Positions 36,717-46,310 of a DNA stretch of 64,000 bases are shown one piece after another. The DNA is from a virus (lineage: Duplodnaviria; Caudoviricetes). The notes under the pieces are model-generated. The model was given only the letters and a program-made list of their open reading frames with translations, searched no databases and had not been told where the DNA came from. Numbering within the stretch: the first letter of the stretch is position 1; each line of letters opens with the position of its first letter. The position numbers and the translations under genes are program-made. The stretch lies in the IMG/VR virus record IMGVR_UViG_2926647115_000001, one strand, 5' to 3'.

Positions 36717-37070
36717 TCACCGTGGCCGGTGGCGCGCCTTGCGCTGCTCCAGGCCCATCGCGCGGAGCAGGTTCAGCGCGGCGCGGCGGATGTCTCGCCC
36801 GTCGCCGTGGCCGCCGATCACCCACAGCAGCTCCGCCAGCGCGACGCCGGCGTCCTTCTGCAGCCGGTCGAGGTAGCGCGCGATCTCTGGTGCCCAGCGG
36901 CCGTGCAGGGTGGCGACGGGTTCACCGTCGGCGAACTGCTCACGGAGCACGATGTCGCCGCGGTCGGTGTGCTCGACGACCAGGAACGGCAGGCGCCCGG
37001 AGATCTTGCGCCACTGGTCGGCGAGTTCAGCGATGCGCGCGCGTTCGGCGCGGCCCTGGTCGTCACCCAC
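36717..37070 (-). CDS. Hypothetical protein, probably SOS-regulated
   Basis: LexA box immediately upstream. Confidence 0.55.
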   Translation of the reverse strand: MGDDQGRAERARIAELADQWRKISGRLPFLVVEHTDRGDIVLREQFADGEPVATLHGRWAPEIARYLDRLQKDAGVALAELLWVIGGHGDGRDIRRAALNLLRAMGLEQRKARHRPR

Positions 37071-37078
37071 CCCTTGAG

Positions 37079-37094
37079 TAGAACATGTGTTCGA
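37079..37094. promoter_or_regulatory. LexA (SOS) box
   Basis: TAGAAC-ATGT-GTTCGA vs actinobacterial TCGAAC-N4-GTTCGA. Confidence 0.75.
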
Positions 37095-37124
37095 CTTGAT
37101 CGCCAGATGGGTGGGAGCGAGCTG

Positions 37125-37772
37125 TCAGCCGGCCGCGCCTGCTCCCTCGCGGCGCTCGCGGCGAGCCTGTCGTCGGGCCTCTAACCGGGCCGGGGCTTGG
37201 TAGACCTCCTCAAGCACCTCGCCCATGAGCTCGAGAATCTCGGCCGACTCTTCCTCGAATACCGGCTCGACGAAATCTCCGTGGGCCATGTCGTTGCCCA
37301 AGAACCGAACCTCGTGGGCCTGTTCCCGCACCAACTCGCGAATGAGACCGCGGGTGTGCAGCTCGTTGATCTTGCTGTCCAGATTCCCGCCGGTAATGCC
37401 CTTGTCCTTTGCGGTCGCCTCGATCACGGAGCGGGCGAGCAACACCGCGGATCGGAACGATCCGATGCTGTGGTCGGCGTGAGCCTCTGAGGCGGCGCTT
37501 GCGATATGGTCCGGAACGTCCGGAAAGTCGCGGCCGATCGGGTGTCTCGGTAGCCAGATGACCGGGATCTCTCCGCGATGCATCTGCGCGAGAATCGACC
37601 TACCGACACCGGAGTTTGTGAACTTTTGTGCCGTCCGCGCGATGGAGAGCTGGCCGCATTCGTCGCAGGCAAAGACCGCACTCCACGTATCGTCTACAGC
37701 CCGCCTTGCCTCATCGCCGCGAGGCGTCTGGTGGGCCGAAACGCCGCAATGCCAACACACCCGGTTTGCCAT
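37125..37772 (-). CDS. DUF4145 (HEPN-like) domain protein with Zn ribbon
   Basis: CWHC..CDEC; LARSVIE; VRFLGNDMAH. Confidence 0.75.
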   Translation of the reverse strand: MANRVCWHCGVSAHQTPRGDEARRAVDDTWSAVFACDECGQLSIARTAQKFTNSGVGRSILAQMHRGEIPVIWLPRHPIGRDFPDVPDHIASAASEAHADHSIGSFRSAVLLARSVIEATAKDKGITGGNLDSKINELHTRGLIRELVREQAHEVRFLGNDMAHGDFVEPVFEEESAEILELMGEVLEEVYQAPARLEARRQARRERREGAGAAG

Positions 37773-37841
37773 CCGCAGGATCTTAGCGGGGACGTACGAC
37801 GGTGCCCGCATGCCGGACCCACTGCGCGGGCAGGACTAGAC

Positions 37842-37896
37842 ACGAGAAAGCCCCAGCGGGGTTGGTATCCATCCCGGCCCGCTGGGGCTCTCTCGT
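37842..37896 (-). terminator. Terminator downstream of candidate ncRNA
   Basis: AGCCCCAGCGGG / CCCGCTGGGGCT stem. Confidence 0.65.
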
Positions 37897-37907
37897 CGTC
37901 AATGGCT

Positions 37908-37972
37908 GGAGGAGTGGAGAGGGCTACAGTCACATCCGAAGTGTTTGAGAAGGAAGTCCTCTCGATGCCTCC
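37908..37972 (-). ncRNA. Candidate small structured RNA linked to the TerD-domain gene
   Basis: GGAGG/CCTCC and GAGAGG/CCTCTC stems, ACTTCCTTCT loop, TACAAT -10 upstream, terminator downstream. Confidence 0.55.
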
Positions 37973-37999
37973 GTGAACCATTGTAGCGCAACAGTTTCG

Positions 38000-40153
38000 C
38001 TACTCCGGGATCAGGTCCGCCAGGTTGTCCACCGTGATCACCCGCGTCGACTCAGGCAGCCCCTCCGGCCGCTCCCAGCCGATGAAGGTGACCGGGCCGT
38101 CGACGTGCTGCCCGTGCCACGGCTCCACCTTGGAGTGCTGGCCGGCCATGCCGATCAGGTAGCCGACGTTCAGGTACTCGCGGTCGATGATGCCGCGCGC
38201 CAGCGTCCCGGCGGTGGCCCTGGTGTGCTCAACCTGGTTGAGCTGGGCCCGGCCGCTGGTGTAGAGGTGCAGCCACTTGGCCCACCACGCGCCGTCGTCG
38301 TCGCGCAGGAACAGCACTGGGAACGCGACCCGGCCGCGGCCGGTCAGGTCGGACTTCGCGCGCACTGTGCGGGGCTCGTAGGGCTGGCCCTTCTGGGCGC
38401 GGTCGCGGGTCATGTACCCGAAGAACGCCTCCGCGGCCTTGATGAACGACTCCCCGGCGAACAGGAGCACCTGCGGCATCACGTACCGGGCGTCGACGCT
38501 GCCGTGGGGGACGTCGATGATCTCGGTGGCGCCGTCGCGGGCGTCGGTGATGTCGCCGGAGTGCACGATCTCCCCGTGCCGAAGCGCGGTGTAGGAGACG
38601 TGCCCGGCCTCGCGGAACCCGTCGGCGTACAGCTGCACGGACAGGTCGTAGTCGGTGCGGCGCTCGTTCTGCCGCCAGTGGATGAAGAACGACAGCACGT
38701 CCCCGCTGATGCGCTGCATGGAGCCGCGGGGCACGACGCCCATGCCGCGTGGGGCGGTCTTGCCGGACAGTGGGAGCGCGATCCGCAGGAAATCGGGGTC
38801 GAACAGCACGGTGCCCTCCACCCGGTCGGCGAGGCGGGCGGTGATCTCGCTGTCGATGGCGGCGCACAGCTCGTGCACGAGGCCGTGCGGCAGCGGCAGG
38901 CGGTTGTCCTCGGTGACCCAGGCCTTGCCCTTGCGGTTGGTGAACACCCGGGGCGTGCCGTCGCGCTCCGCGACCCGGTTGATCAGGTGCTCACGCACCG
39001 ACAGCAGCACCCGCGCCGACACCTTGCCGCGGACGGCGTGCACGGCGTCCAGGATCGCGCTGTGCGCGTCCGGCCCCGCCGCGCGGGCAACCCGGTCCAG
39101 GGAGCGCATCAACAGCCCCGGCGCGGCCTGCAGGACCCGCACGGCGCCTGGCACGTCCCCGACGCCGAGGGCGGCGTCGACGCGGGCAGCGATCGACGGC
39201 ACGTAGTCATCGCCGCGAGCGACGGTGAACACCCGGGCGGCGTTTGGGTACCGGTCCGCGTAGTCCTCGGCGTGGAGCCCGCCGGCCAGCCGCACCCAGG
39301 CGCGGGCGTGGGCCTTGACGTCGCCCAGCTTGGCGGGATTGGCGGCGACCGTGTCGAGCGCGGCGAGCAGCGCGCGCCGGTCTTTCCGGGACAGGCCGCG
39401 GAACCGAGTCGCGGTCTCGAGCGTGACGTCCCCGCCGGACAGCGCCGCGGCGAGCCGGAGCACGTCGGTCACGGTGTCCACCAGCAGCGGCCGGTGGTGG
39501 GCGAACCGCACCCGGTTGATGACCGCGCGGTTCTCGCGCGCGGGGATCGTGTCGGGCTGGGTGTTGTCGGCGCAGAACACGGCCAGGGTCTCGAACAGGG
39601 CGCGGTCGTGCTCCGGCAGCGGCACCGTGGAGGAGGCGAGCTGCAGGTAGAGGCGGTGGGCTTCATCCTGCAACGTGCCGCCGAGGTGCAGCACCGTGAC
39701 CCTGTCGCCCGCGGCGGCGATCAGCTCTTCGTGGGCGGCCAGCATCTCGTAGTAGGTGTGCTGGTACCGGCCGTACGTGGGCAGGTCCACCAGGTTGATG
39801 GTGCCGAAGCTGGACAGCGTCACCTGCCCGTCGGCGGGGGCGAGCTGGCCGAGGCACTGGAGCCAGAACGTGATGGTGTCCGGCACGCCCTGCGGGAACC
39901 GCTTGAAGTACACGTTGTGCTGGACGTGGTCGCCGGCCAGTTCGCGCACGGCGCCGAGCACCGACACGCCGAGGTCGATCACCACGCCCGGGGACATGGC
40001 GGACAGCTGCCGCAGCAGCTCGCCGGACAGCTTGAATCCGACGTCCATGAGGGCGGCGTCGAGCTGGCGGGCGACGGTGGCGCCGTCTCCGGAGGGGCCG
40101 GTCGGGATCGGCACCCGCTTGGTGCGCTGCACGAGCAGCGTGGTCAACGACAT
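38000..40153 (-). CDS. Large helical (TROVE-like?) protein with C-terminal TerD-like domain
   Basis: TVTDVLRLA..SGGDVTL, PGLLMRSLD, PRGS, FFIHW..DYDLS..HSGDITDA..GATE.ID. Confidence 0.7.
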   Translation of the reverse strand: MSLTTLLVQRTKRVPIPTGPSGDGATVARQLDAALMDVGFKLSGELLRQLSAMSPGVVIDLGVSVLGAVRELAGDHVQHNVYFKRFPQGVPDTITFWLQCLGQLAPADGQVTLSSFGTINLVDLPTYGRYQHTYYEMLAAHEELIAAAGDRVTVLHLGGTLQDEAHRLYLQLASSTVPLPEHDRALFETLAVFCADNTQPDTIPARENRAVINRVRFAHHRPLLVDTVTDVLRLAAALSGGDVTLETATRFRGLSRKDRRALLAALDTVAANPAKLGDVKAHARAWVRLAGGLHAEDYADRYPNAARVFTVARGDDYVPSIAARVDAALGVGDVPGAVRVLQAAPGLLMRSLDRVARAAGPDAHSAILDAVHAVRGKVSARVLLSVREHLINRVAERDGTPRVFTNRKGKAWVTEDNRLPLPHGLVHELCAAIDSEITARLADRVEGTVLFDPDFLRIALPLSGKTAPRGMGVVPRGSMQRISGDVLSFFIHWRQNERRTDYDLSVQLYADGFREAGHVSYTALRHGEIVHSGDITDARDGATEIIDVPHGSVDARYVMPQVLLFAGESFIKAAEAFFGYMTRDRAQKGQPYEPRTVRAKSDLTGRGRVAFPVLFLRDDDGAWWAKWLHLYTSGRAQLNQVEHTRATAGTLARGIIDREYLNVGYLIGMAGQHSKVEPWHGQHVDGPVTFIGWERPEGLPESTRVITVDNLADLIPE

Positions 40154-40261
40154 GTGGTTCCCCCTAGCTGTTGCGGTTGATCGTGCCATTCCCGGCGGGG
40201 CTGGCCGAAACGGTTATGCGTGGGCGGTGGTGTGCGCGTCCTCGCGGCGCAGGCTTCCGGG

Positions 40262-40447
40262 TCAGGGCAGGAGGGTCCAGTGCCCGGCGGGGAGCTGGGC
40301 GCGGACGTCGGCGTAGTAGCCGGTGGCATCGTGCTGGCGGGTGCCGTCGGTGAAGATCCAGGAGCCGTAGCCCTGGGGCTGTTTGCCGTGGGTGTCGATG
40401 TAGTCGCTGGTGTCGACGGTGCGGCGGCGGGCGCGGTTGGTGTTCAT
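40262..40447 (-). CDS. Small phage protein
   Basis: HGKQPQGYGSWIF motif; downstream of the 40484 promoter. Confidence 0.55.
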   Translation of the reverse strand: MNTNRARRRTVDTSDYIDTHGKQPQGYGSWIFTDGTRQHDATGYYADVRAQLPAGHWTLLP

Positions 40448-40985
40448 GGTTACCCCCGGTGGTGTTGTGGTCCGTACCCCATGAACCTTACACAAGTTGC
40501 GCAACTGCGGCAATTCAGTGCGACCGGTCCATGAGAGGGCGCGCACCACACCGCTCATCCCCACCGGGTTTTCCGGGTCGATCGCCGCTCCCCCTCACTG
40601 CTGTTGCGTTTCGCGGTCGGGCTCGGATGGCACCCGAACCGGCCGCGGGCGTGGCAGTCCGGGCAGCTGCACACCGAGTACGACGGGTGAATCGCGCCAG
40701 CAACGCCGCCCGCGTCGCCGACCGGCACATGAAGATCATGTCTCGCTACGAGGACGCCGGGGTGTGCCCGTCCTGCCGGGAGCCGGTGACGCAGCGGCAG
40801 AAGTCGTTGACGTTCCACACGAACCTGGAGATCTCGGGCGGCCCGCCGGTGACATTCCACGTTGGCCGCGGCGGGTGCCGCCGCGATGCCGCCCGCCACG
40901 AGGAGCGGTGGGTTGCGGCGGACCCGAAGCGCCGCAAGACCACGCTCTCGTGCACCGGGCACGTCACGAACCACAACGACGGCAC

Positions 40986-41202
40986 CTACGACTGCCCCCA
41001 GCTCGGCGACTGCCCGGGCCCTGCGTTCGCGGCCTCGGTGCGGGCGGTGCGGTCCTCCCAGAGGTGCGACAGGCCGGCATCACGTGCGACGTTGTAGATC
41101 GTGCCCTTCGACACGCCAAACTGCTCGGCGAGCGCCCGGTGTGAGGGCGGGCCGTCGTCGGCGAGGATCGCGGCGCGCTGGTCTTCGGGGATGGTGGGCA
41201 CG
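40986..41202 (-). pseudogene. Remnant of HTH protein
   Basis: IPEDQRAAILAD..RALAEQFGVSKGTIYNVARDAGL, then degenerates and overlaps a convergent fragment. Confidence 0.35.
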
Positions 41203-41570
41203 TCCGCAGCGTGCGCGGGTCGTGTCACGGACAGGCTGGCGTTATCCGTGGGTGCGGCGGGCGACCTTCTTCGGTGATCGGCGGCGGTAGTCGGGGTTGT
41301 GGCCGGGCGTGCCGGGCAGGCGGCCTTGGTCGTCTGGGAGGACTTCGGGGGGCCCGCCCCAACTGCCATCCGCACCAGGGGATGAGTTCCCAGTCCTCGA
41401 TGTCGTCCCTGAGCACTCGGCGGGCGTGGTCCTCGTTCTCGAAGTACCGCATCTCGCCGGTCTGCTTGTGCTTGGCGTTCATGGTGGTGATCGACGCCAA
41501 CCCTGCTGCCCTCCGGCGTGACTGCGCTGGTCCGGGAGCTTCCCCCTCCCGAACCAGCGCATCCCAACGG

Positions 41571-41586
41571 TAGAACACGTGTTCGA
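41571..41586. promoter_or_regulatory. LexA (SOS) box
   Basis: TAGAAC-ACGT-GTTCGA. Confidence 0.75.
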
Positions 41587-41604
41587 TCGGAGCAAGTCGT
41601 CTGC

Positions 41605-42204
41605 TCACCCAAGCCGAACCGGCGGCTCGGTTCCATGACGGGACCATCGCCCGCCCTGTAGGTCCTCGAACTCGATCTCCAGCACCAAGTCAGGCCGTAT
41701 GGTGTGCATTGCCGCCTCGATCAACTGGGCAATGTCATCGACCCCGGCTGGCCTCCAATCGGAAAAGACGACCTCTTCCTCGGGGAGCAGTACCTCACGC
41801 TCGGGAACATCGACCAATAGCAGGCCGCGACCGGGGATGAAGATGGACACCAGCTTCACGTTGAGCACAGGCTCTGGGCCGCGGTTCCTTACCGCGGGGT
41901 CTTTCGTTACGCCGGAGAGTTTCCTGACCTCGCCTTGGCGGGACACCATCTCCGGCAGGATGAAGTGAGCGTTCGCGCGCTGCCGGCGGGCTTCGTCGGC
42001 GCGGCGATGTGCGGTCTCCTGCTGTGCGGCCCACAGCGCGACCCCGGCGGCGACGAGCGCACCGCCGCCCCCTACCCACTGGCCGAGGCCTGCCCACACG
42101 TCGTGGTCGTCGATGAGGAACCATGCGATCAGCCCTCCGGCGACGGAGACGGCCGCTGGCAGGATCAGCCACCAGGCGCGCCGCGGGCGCAGCACCTCTC
42201 TCAT
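41605..42204 (-). CDS. Membrane protein
   Basis: Two N-terminal TMs; FEDLQGGRWSR tail. Confidence 0.6.
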   Translation of the reverse strand: MREVLRPRRAWWLILPAAVSVAGGLIAWFLIDDHDVWAGLGQWVGGGGALVAAGVALWAAQQETAHRRADEARRQRANAHFILPEMVSRQGEVRKLSGVTKDPAVRNRGPEPVLNVKLVSIFIPGRGLLLVDVPEREVLLPEEEVVFSDWRPAGVDDIAQLIEAAMHTIRPDLVLEIEFEDLQGGRWSRHGTEPPVRLG

Positions 42205-42344
42205 TCTGACCCCCAGGTGTGTCGATCTCCATCGAGCACGGTAGCTCGCATTCGTCGACTCGTGGTGCAGGTGGCCCCGCCGCAGGGGGAGTGGCGCCGG
42301 GCCATCACGTTAAGCCCGTATGTTGGAGCACGTTGTCCTTCGAT

Positions 42345-43445
42345 CTAAGGCTTTTCGGTGGGCTTCGCTGCCTTTAGCGTGTCAGCGATGCTGGAGAACA
42401 ATCGGCCCACGTCGCCGACAACCGACGGGCTGCCTGGATCGTCATCGTGCTGCTCCAGGGAGGCGGCAAATACCCGCTCGCCAAGTTGCTCTCGCATCTT
42501 CTGCTTCGAGTCATCGGGCAGTGGTGCGATGTACGCCTCGAGAGTTAGAAGTTGAATCTCAAATCGCTTACCCCACTCCGCATTCCGTCGATGCTTCCCC
42601 GCTTCACGTGCAAGATAAGCCGCAAGGGCGGCGACAGGGATAGACAGGGCCAGGTGTGGTATTTGTGGTACGAATGCGGATGCATTCGACGGCGGCCCGG
42701 ACAGTGCTATTCCGGCCATAACCACGATGGCAACGATAAGAATGACGGTAGTCAATCGCAGCAGGTTAGCTGCCCTGTATTCTGAATGAGCGTACGCGGC
42801 GAAGTGAATCGCCAGCTGGTTGGAGCCGGTTATTCCGGCGGCTTGCTTGCTGATCTCGAGTACACGCTGCGTTTCGTCTCTCGCTCGGTTAGTATCGAGT
42901 CTCGCTAGCCGTGCTTCGATCGCGTCAGTCGCCCTATCTAGGGACCTGTTGAGTCGGTCAACTTCTCGGCGCGGTAGGTAATTCGAGAGGACATGCGCTT
43001 GGGCGACTGCGTGGGCGAGTTCTTGAAGTAGTGACCTTTGAAGTGATTCTACCTCTTCATCAATGTTTGAAAGCTCCTCCGAGGTGGTATCCTCTAGTGC
43101 TGCCAGGATCATCCGCGGCTGTTTAAGTGATCTTTCAATTCTTCGGGCGCGTCCATAAATCCTGTCGACATCGTGGACCGCGATGGGTCGTTTCGTCTCG
43201 ACAATTTGGCGCATCGCAGTCTTGATCGGATCCAAAACCTGGACGGAGATGTCGAATATTTCTCGCAGACTTCGAAGGGTGGAGGTGGACGGTAGATAGC
43301 CTTTTTTAACGTCCTCAACCTTTTTATTCTCGTCGAGAGCAGTCCGAACTTTGGTAATGTCAGTTTCCAGGTCCTCCTGTAGCGTTGCGAGAAAGTCGAC
43401 GAGGTCAAGTAGGGGACTGTGATTCTCCGCTACCTGGTCCGTCAC
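42345..43445 (-). CDS. Lower-GC coiled-coil membrane protein (moron-like)
   Basis: Coiled coil, two TMs, LEAYIAPL motif; AT-richer codons. Confidence 0.7.
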   Translation of the reverse strand: MTDQVAENHSPLLDLVDFLATLQEDLETDITKVRTALDENKKVEDVKKGYLPSTSTLRSLREIFDISVQVLDPIKTAMRQIVETKRPIAVHDVDRIYGRARRIERSLKQPRMILAALEDTTSEELSNIDEEVESLQRSLLQELAHAVAQAHVLSNYLPRREVDRLNRSLDRATDAIEARLARLDTNRARDETQRVLEISKQAAGITGSNQLAIHFAAYAHSEYRAANLLRLTTVILIVAIVVMAGIALSGPPSNASAFVPQIPHLALSIPVAALAAYLAREAGKHRRNAEWGKRFEIQLLTLEAYIAPLPDDSKQKMREQLGERVFAASLEQHDDDPGSPSVVGDVGRLFSSIADTLKAAKPTEKP

Positions 43446-43540
43446 CGTTCGCCTCCGTGTCTTTTGGCAGCTTGCTTGAGTGCTACGTCGCAGTAAGTAT
43501 GCGTGCCGTTACGAATGATGCCTCCGCTGGAATACGTCGG

Positions 43541-44099
43541 TCACGCGACAGCTTGGGACGTAGTGCGCCGATCGACAGGTGCGGTGCTCACCGGACGGCG
43601 CGGACGGGTTGACCCCGTCCTCAAGGGCAAGAGGTACTGTCCGGGGCCGACCCACCTGCGGCCGACCTTCACTGGCGCGGCGACTGGCCGCTGCCACACC
43701 TCGCGCTGCTCGGCCTTCCGCCGCGCGCGGGCGCGCCGCTCCCGCTCGTAGATGGTGTGCGCCTTCCGGCACTCCGCGCAGGTGCAGCCCCACTTCGCGT
43801 ACCGGCTGTTCGTGCCGTGGTCCGGGACGACGGCCGGTCGGGGGAACCCGTACTCGCGGGCCAGGGCGGTGCGGTCCTTGCGGTCGAGGCTGCCCCAGAT
43901 GCCCCACGGTCGCCGCGGCGCAGCGCGTCTTCAGCGCAGAGCATGCGGACGGGGCAGGCGGCGCAGATGACGCGGCACGCCGCTGCCTGCGCGCCGTTCG
44001 CTTGGATGAAGTCGAGCTCGGGGAAGATCTGGCACTTCCCCTGCGCGTGCCAGTCGGGGACCTCGCGGGGAGGCGGGGCGGTTCGGCGACGGCGGTCAT
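43541..44099 (-). pseudogene. WhiB-family regulator with Zn-finger tail, two apparent 1-nt deletions
   Basis: DWHAQGKC..CRVICAACPVRMLC..WGIWG..HGTNSRY..GCTCAEC split across frames at about 44068 and 43908. Confidence 0.7.
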
Positions 44100-44300
44100 C
44101 GGTCCTTCCACAGCATCAGGCCGGCCGCGGCGATGAGCGCGGCGACGAGTAGGCCGGGGTCGGCGGTTCGTTCGAGGATCACGGTGCACCGTCCGGAGGC
44201 TGGAGGTCGTAGACCGCGAACACCGGCGCGCCGGTGGCGTGGGCGGCCTGCTTCGGGCTGCGTGGAACCGACCACCGGCGCAAGATCGTGTGCCGGTTCC

Positions 44301-44714
44301 TCACTCCTGCGGTCCTTCCTCGACGGCGTTGAGGAGCTGTTCAAGTCGGCTCGGTGTGCGGTTCGGGTCTTCGGGGAGCGGCGGCAGCACCCCGGAGAAC
44401 CAGGTGCCGCAGTGGGTGCAGAACCCGGAGCCGTTGCGGTACTTGCGCCGCTCGAACGGGCCGTGGTCGGGGTGTGCGGGGCAGGCGGCGAGCCGCTGGT
44501 ACTTCCGCCACGCGGCGTCCTCGGCCTCGGCGACGGTGGCGCCCTCGCCGCGCAGGAACGTGCCGGCCGGGAACGCTTCGACGAACGCGGTTCGGTAGGT
44601 GCCGTCGCCCTTGAACACCAGGCCGGAGCGGCCGCCTTGGAGGAACACGTCGGCGGGCCAGGGGTGGCGGGTGAGTTCGCCGGTGCGCTGGATCTCGCGT
44701 GCCTGGTGGGTCAC
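44301..44714 (-). CDS. Hypothetical protein
   Basis: AFVEAFP..FLRGEG..YRNG.GFC..CG. Confidence 0.6.
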   Translation of the reverse strand: MTHQAREIQRTGELTRHPWPADVFLQGGRSGLVFKGDGTYRTAFVEAFPAGTFLRGEGATVAEAEDAAWRKYQRLAACPAHPDHGPFERRKYRNGSGFCTHCGTWFSGVLPPLPEDPNRTPSRLEQLLNAVEEGPQE

Positions 44715-45727
44715 TGCTGCGCTCCTTCCGGTCGGGGCACCTCGGTCAGGGATGTGCCGCCCTGGGGGGCGTTCTCGGCGTTGATCTGCCACCACGAGTA
44801 GGCGCGGCCGTCGCCGCCGCTCGCGGTCGTTGCGACCCATGCCTGAGGCGCGGGGAACGCCTTGCGGCACTGGAAGACGACGCCGTTCTGGTCGCTGCGG
44901 ACGGCCTCGACGTCGTCGGGCTCGGGCGAGCCGATCGGGAAGCGGCGCGGCTCGGGCGCGGGTTGTGGTTGGGAGACCCGGGAGAGCTCCTGACGAATGC
45001 GGTCCGCCTGCAGCGTGACCGCGCCGCAGGCGTCCCAGTTGTCGATGAGCGACAGCACCTCGTTGATGCCGGTCTGGAGGGCGTCGCGGTCGCGGCGTGT
45101 GGCCATGAGCTGGCTGTGGTACTCGGCCGCCTCCTGCCGGTGCTGGAGGCAGTTCGCGTGCAGCCGGTCGTTCTCGGCGCGGAGTCGAGCGGGCCCGTCG
45201 GCTGCGGCCCCCGTGGTGGCACAGCGCGGACAGGTCGGGTGGCAGTCGCCCGGCTCGCCGTCCGAATCCATCGTGACGCGGTGCGGCTCGTCGTCTGCGG
45301 CCCCCTGCCCGGTCTCGCCGGCGAACCGCTCGTGCGGGTCGTAGGCCTTGAGCGCGGCGTCCAGCGCGTGCTGGTGGTGGGCGGTGAAGAACGCCCGCCA
45401 CTGCGGCACGTCGCGCTGGAACTGGTCGTACGCCTCGTAGTAGGCCTTCCAGGCATCGCTGCGGCGGGCTTCGAGGGCAAGGGCGTGGGAGTCGTCGGCA
45501 CGCGCGTCGGCATCCAGGTCTGGGGCCCCCTGCTTCCGCCAGCCGGCCCGGTCGAGCGCAGCAAACAGCCGGTTTGCCACGCCAACCGCGTGGATCGCAT
45601 GGTCCTCGTCGCGGTTCTGGTAGAGGTCCACTTCGTCCAGGAGCGCGTCCGCGAGCAGGGTGACTCCCTCCCGCAACTCGGCGCCCTCGCGGGCCAGTTC
45701 TTCGCGCTGTTCGTCGTGGGTGGTCAC
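44711..45727 (-). CDS. Mosaic hypothetical protein
   Basis: Shares modules with 58694-59464. Confidence 0.55.
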   Translation of the reverse strand: MTTHDEQREELAREGAELREGVTLLADALLDEVDLYQNRDEDHAIHAVGVANRLFAALDRAGWRKQGAPDLDADARADDSHALALEARRSDAWKAYYEAYDQFQRDVPQWRAFFTAHHQHALDAALKAYDPHERFAGETGQGAADDEPHRVTMDSDGEPGDCHPTCPRCATTGAAADGPARLRAENDRLHANCLQHRQEAAEYHSQLMATRRDRDALQTGINEVLSLIDNWDACGAVTLQADRIRQELSRVSQPQPAPEPRRFPIGSPEPDDVEAVRSDQNGVVFQCRKAFPAPQAWVATTASGGDGRAYSWWQINAENAPQGGTSLTEVPRPEGAQQ

Positions 45728-46008
45728 AGGTGGGCTCCGTTCGGGTAGCAGCGGCGGCAGGTGCGGGACCAGGCGAAGTTGCGGCGGTCGGCGGGGACGC
45801 CGGACTTGCCGCACTTGGTGCGGACCTCCACACGGGTGCTGCTGTTGCGGTTCCACAGCACGGCCTGGCATTCGACGGCGAGGTGGAGGATCGAGCGGGC
45901 GGTGAACGCTGGCACGACGGGGTAGGGCACGTCCCGGTAGGACACGTCGAGACCGTCCTCGATGCGCTCGGGCGGCTCGCGCACGACCGGCTCAGCGTGG
46001 GTGGTCAT
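45724..46008 (-). CDS. Hypothetical protein
   Basis: Coupled ORF. Confidence 0.5.
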   Translation of the reverse strand: MTTHAEPVVREPPERIEDGLDVSYRDVPYPVVPAFTARSILHLAVECQAVLWNRNSSTRVEVRTKCGKSGVPADRRNFAWSRTCRRCYPNGAHL

Positions 46009-46310
46009 CGGGCCCCCTCGCCAGCGCCGTCCCACCACCACTGGGCGACGCGGACGATGGCCTCCTGGTACGGCCGGTCCAGCTCCTGGGTGCGCTTGTC
46101 GAGCTTGTCGAACAAGACGATGGACGGGTGATCGGGCCGGGTCTGGTCCCGCCAGATCGCCCACGCGTCGTGGACGTGTTCGAGGGTGGTGTTCACGCCT
46201 TCGGTGAGCACGAGGAGCGCGTAGAAGCGGATGAGGTCGGGTTCGCAGTCGTCCAGTTCGGTGGTGAGCCGGTCGATGATGCGTTGGACGTAGGTGGGTG
46301 AATCAGCCAC
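46005..46310 (-). CDS. Conserved phage hypothetical protein
   Basis: YALLVL..TLEHVHDAW..HPS.V.FD.L...Q..D.PY. Confidence 0.6.
   Translation of the reverse strand: MADSPTYVQRIIDRLTTELDDCEPDLIRFYALLVLTEGVNTTLEHVHDAWAIWRDQTRPDHPSIVLFDKLDKRTQELDRPYQEAIVRVAQWWWDGAGEGAR

Noticed and set aside
38000-40153. Tellurite-resistance ter operon
   Set aside because: A single gene with only a C-terminal TerD-like domain; no terABCZ neighbours
40627-41097. Intact Zn-binding gene on the plus strand
   Set aside because: No convincing start or RBS, and its 3' end collides with a convergent HTH remnant; treated as debris
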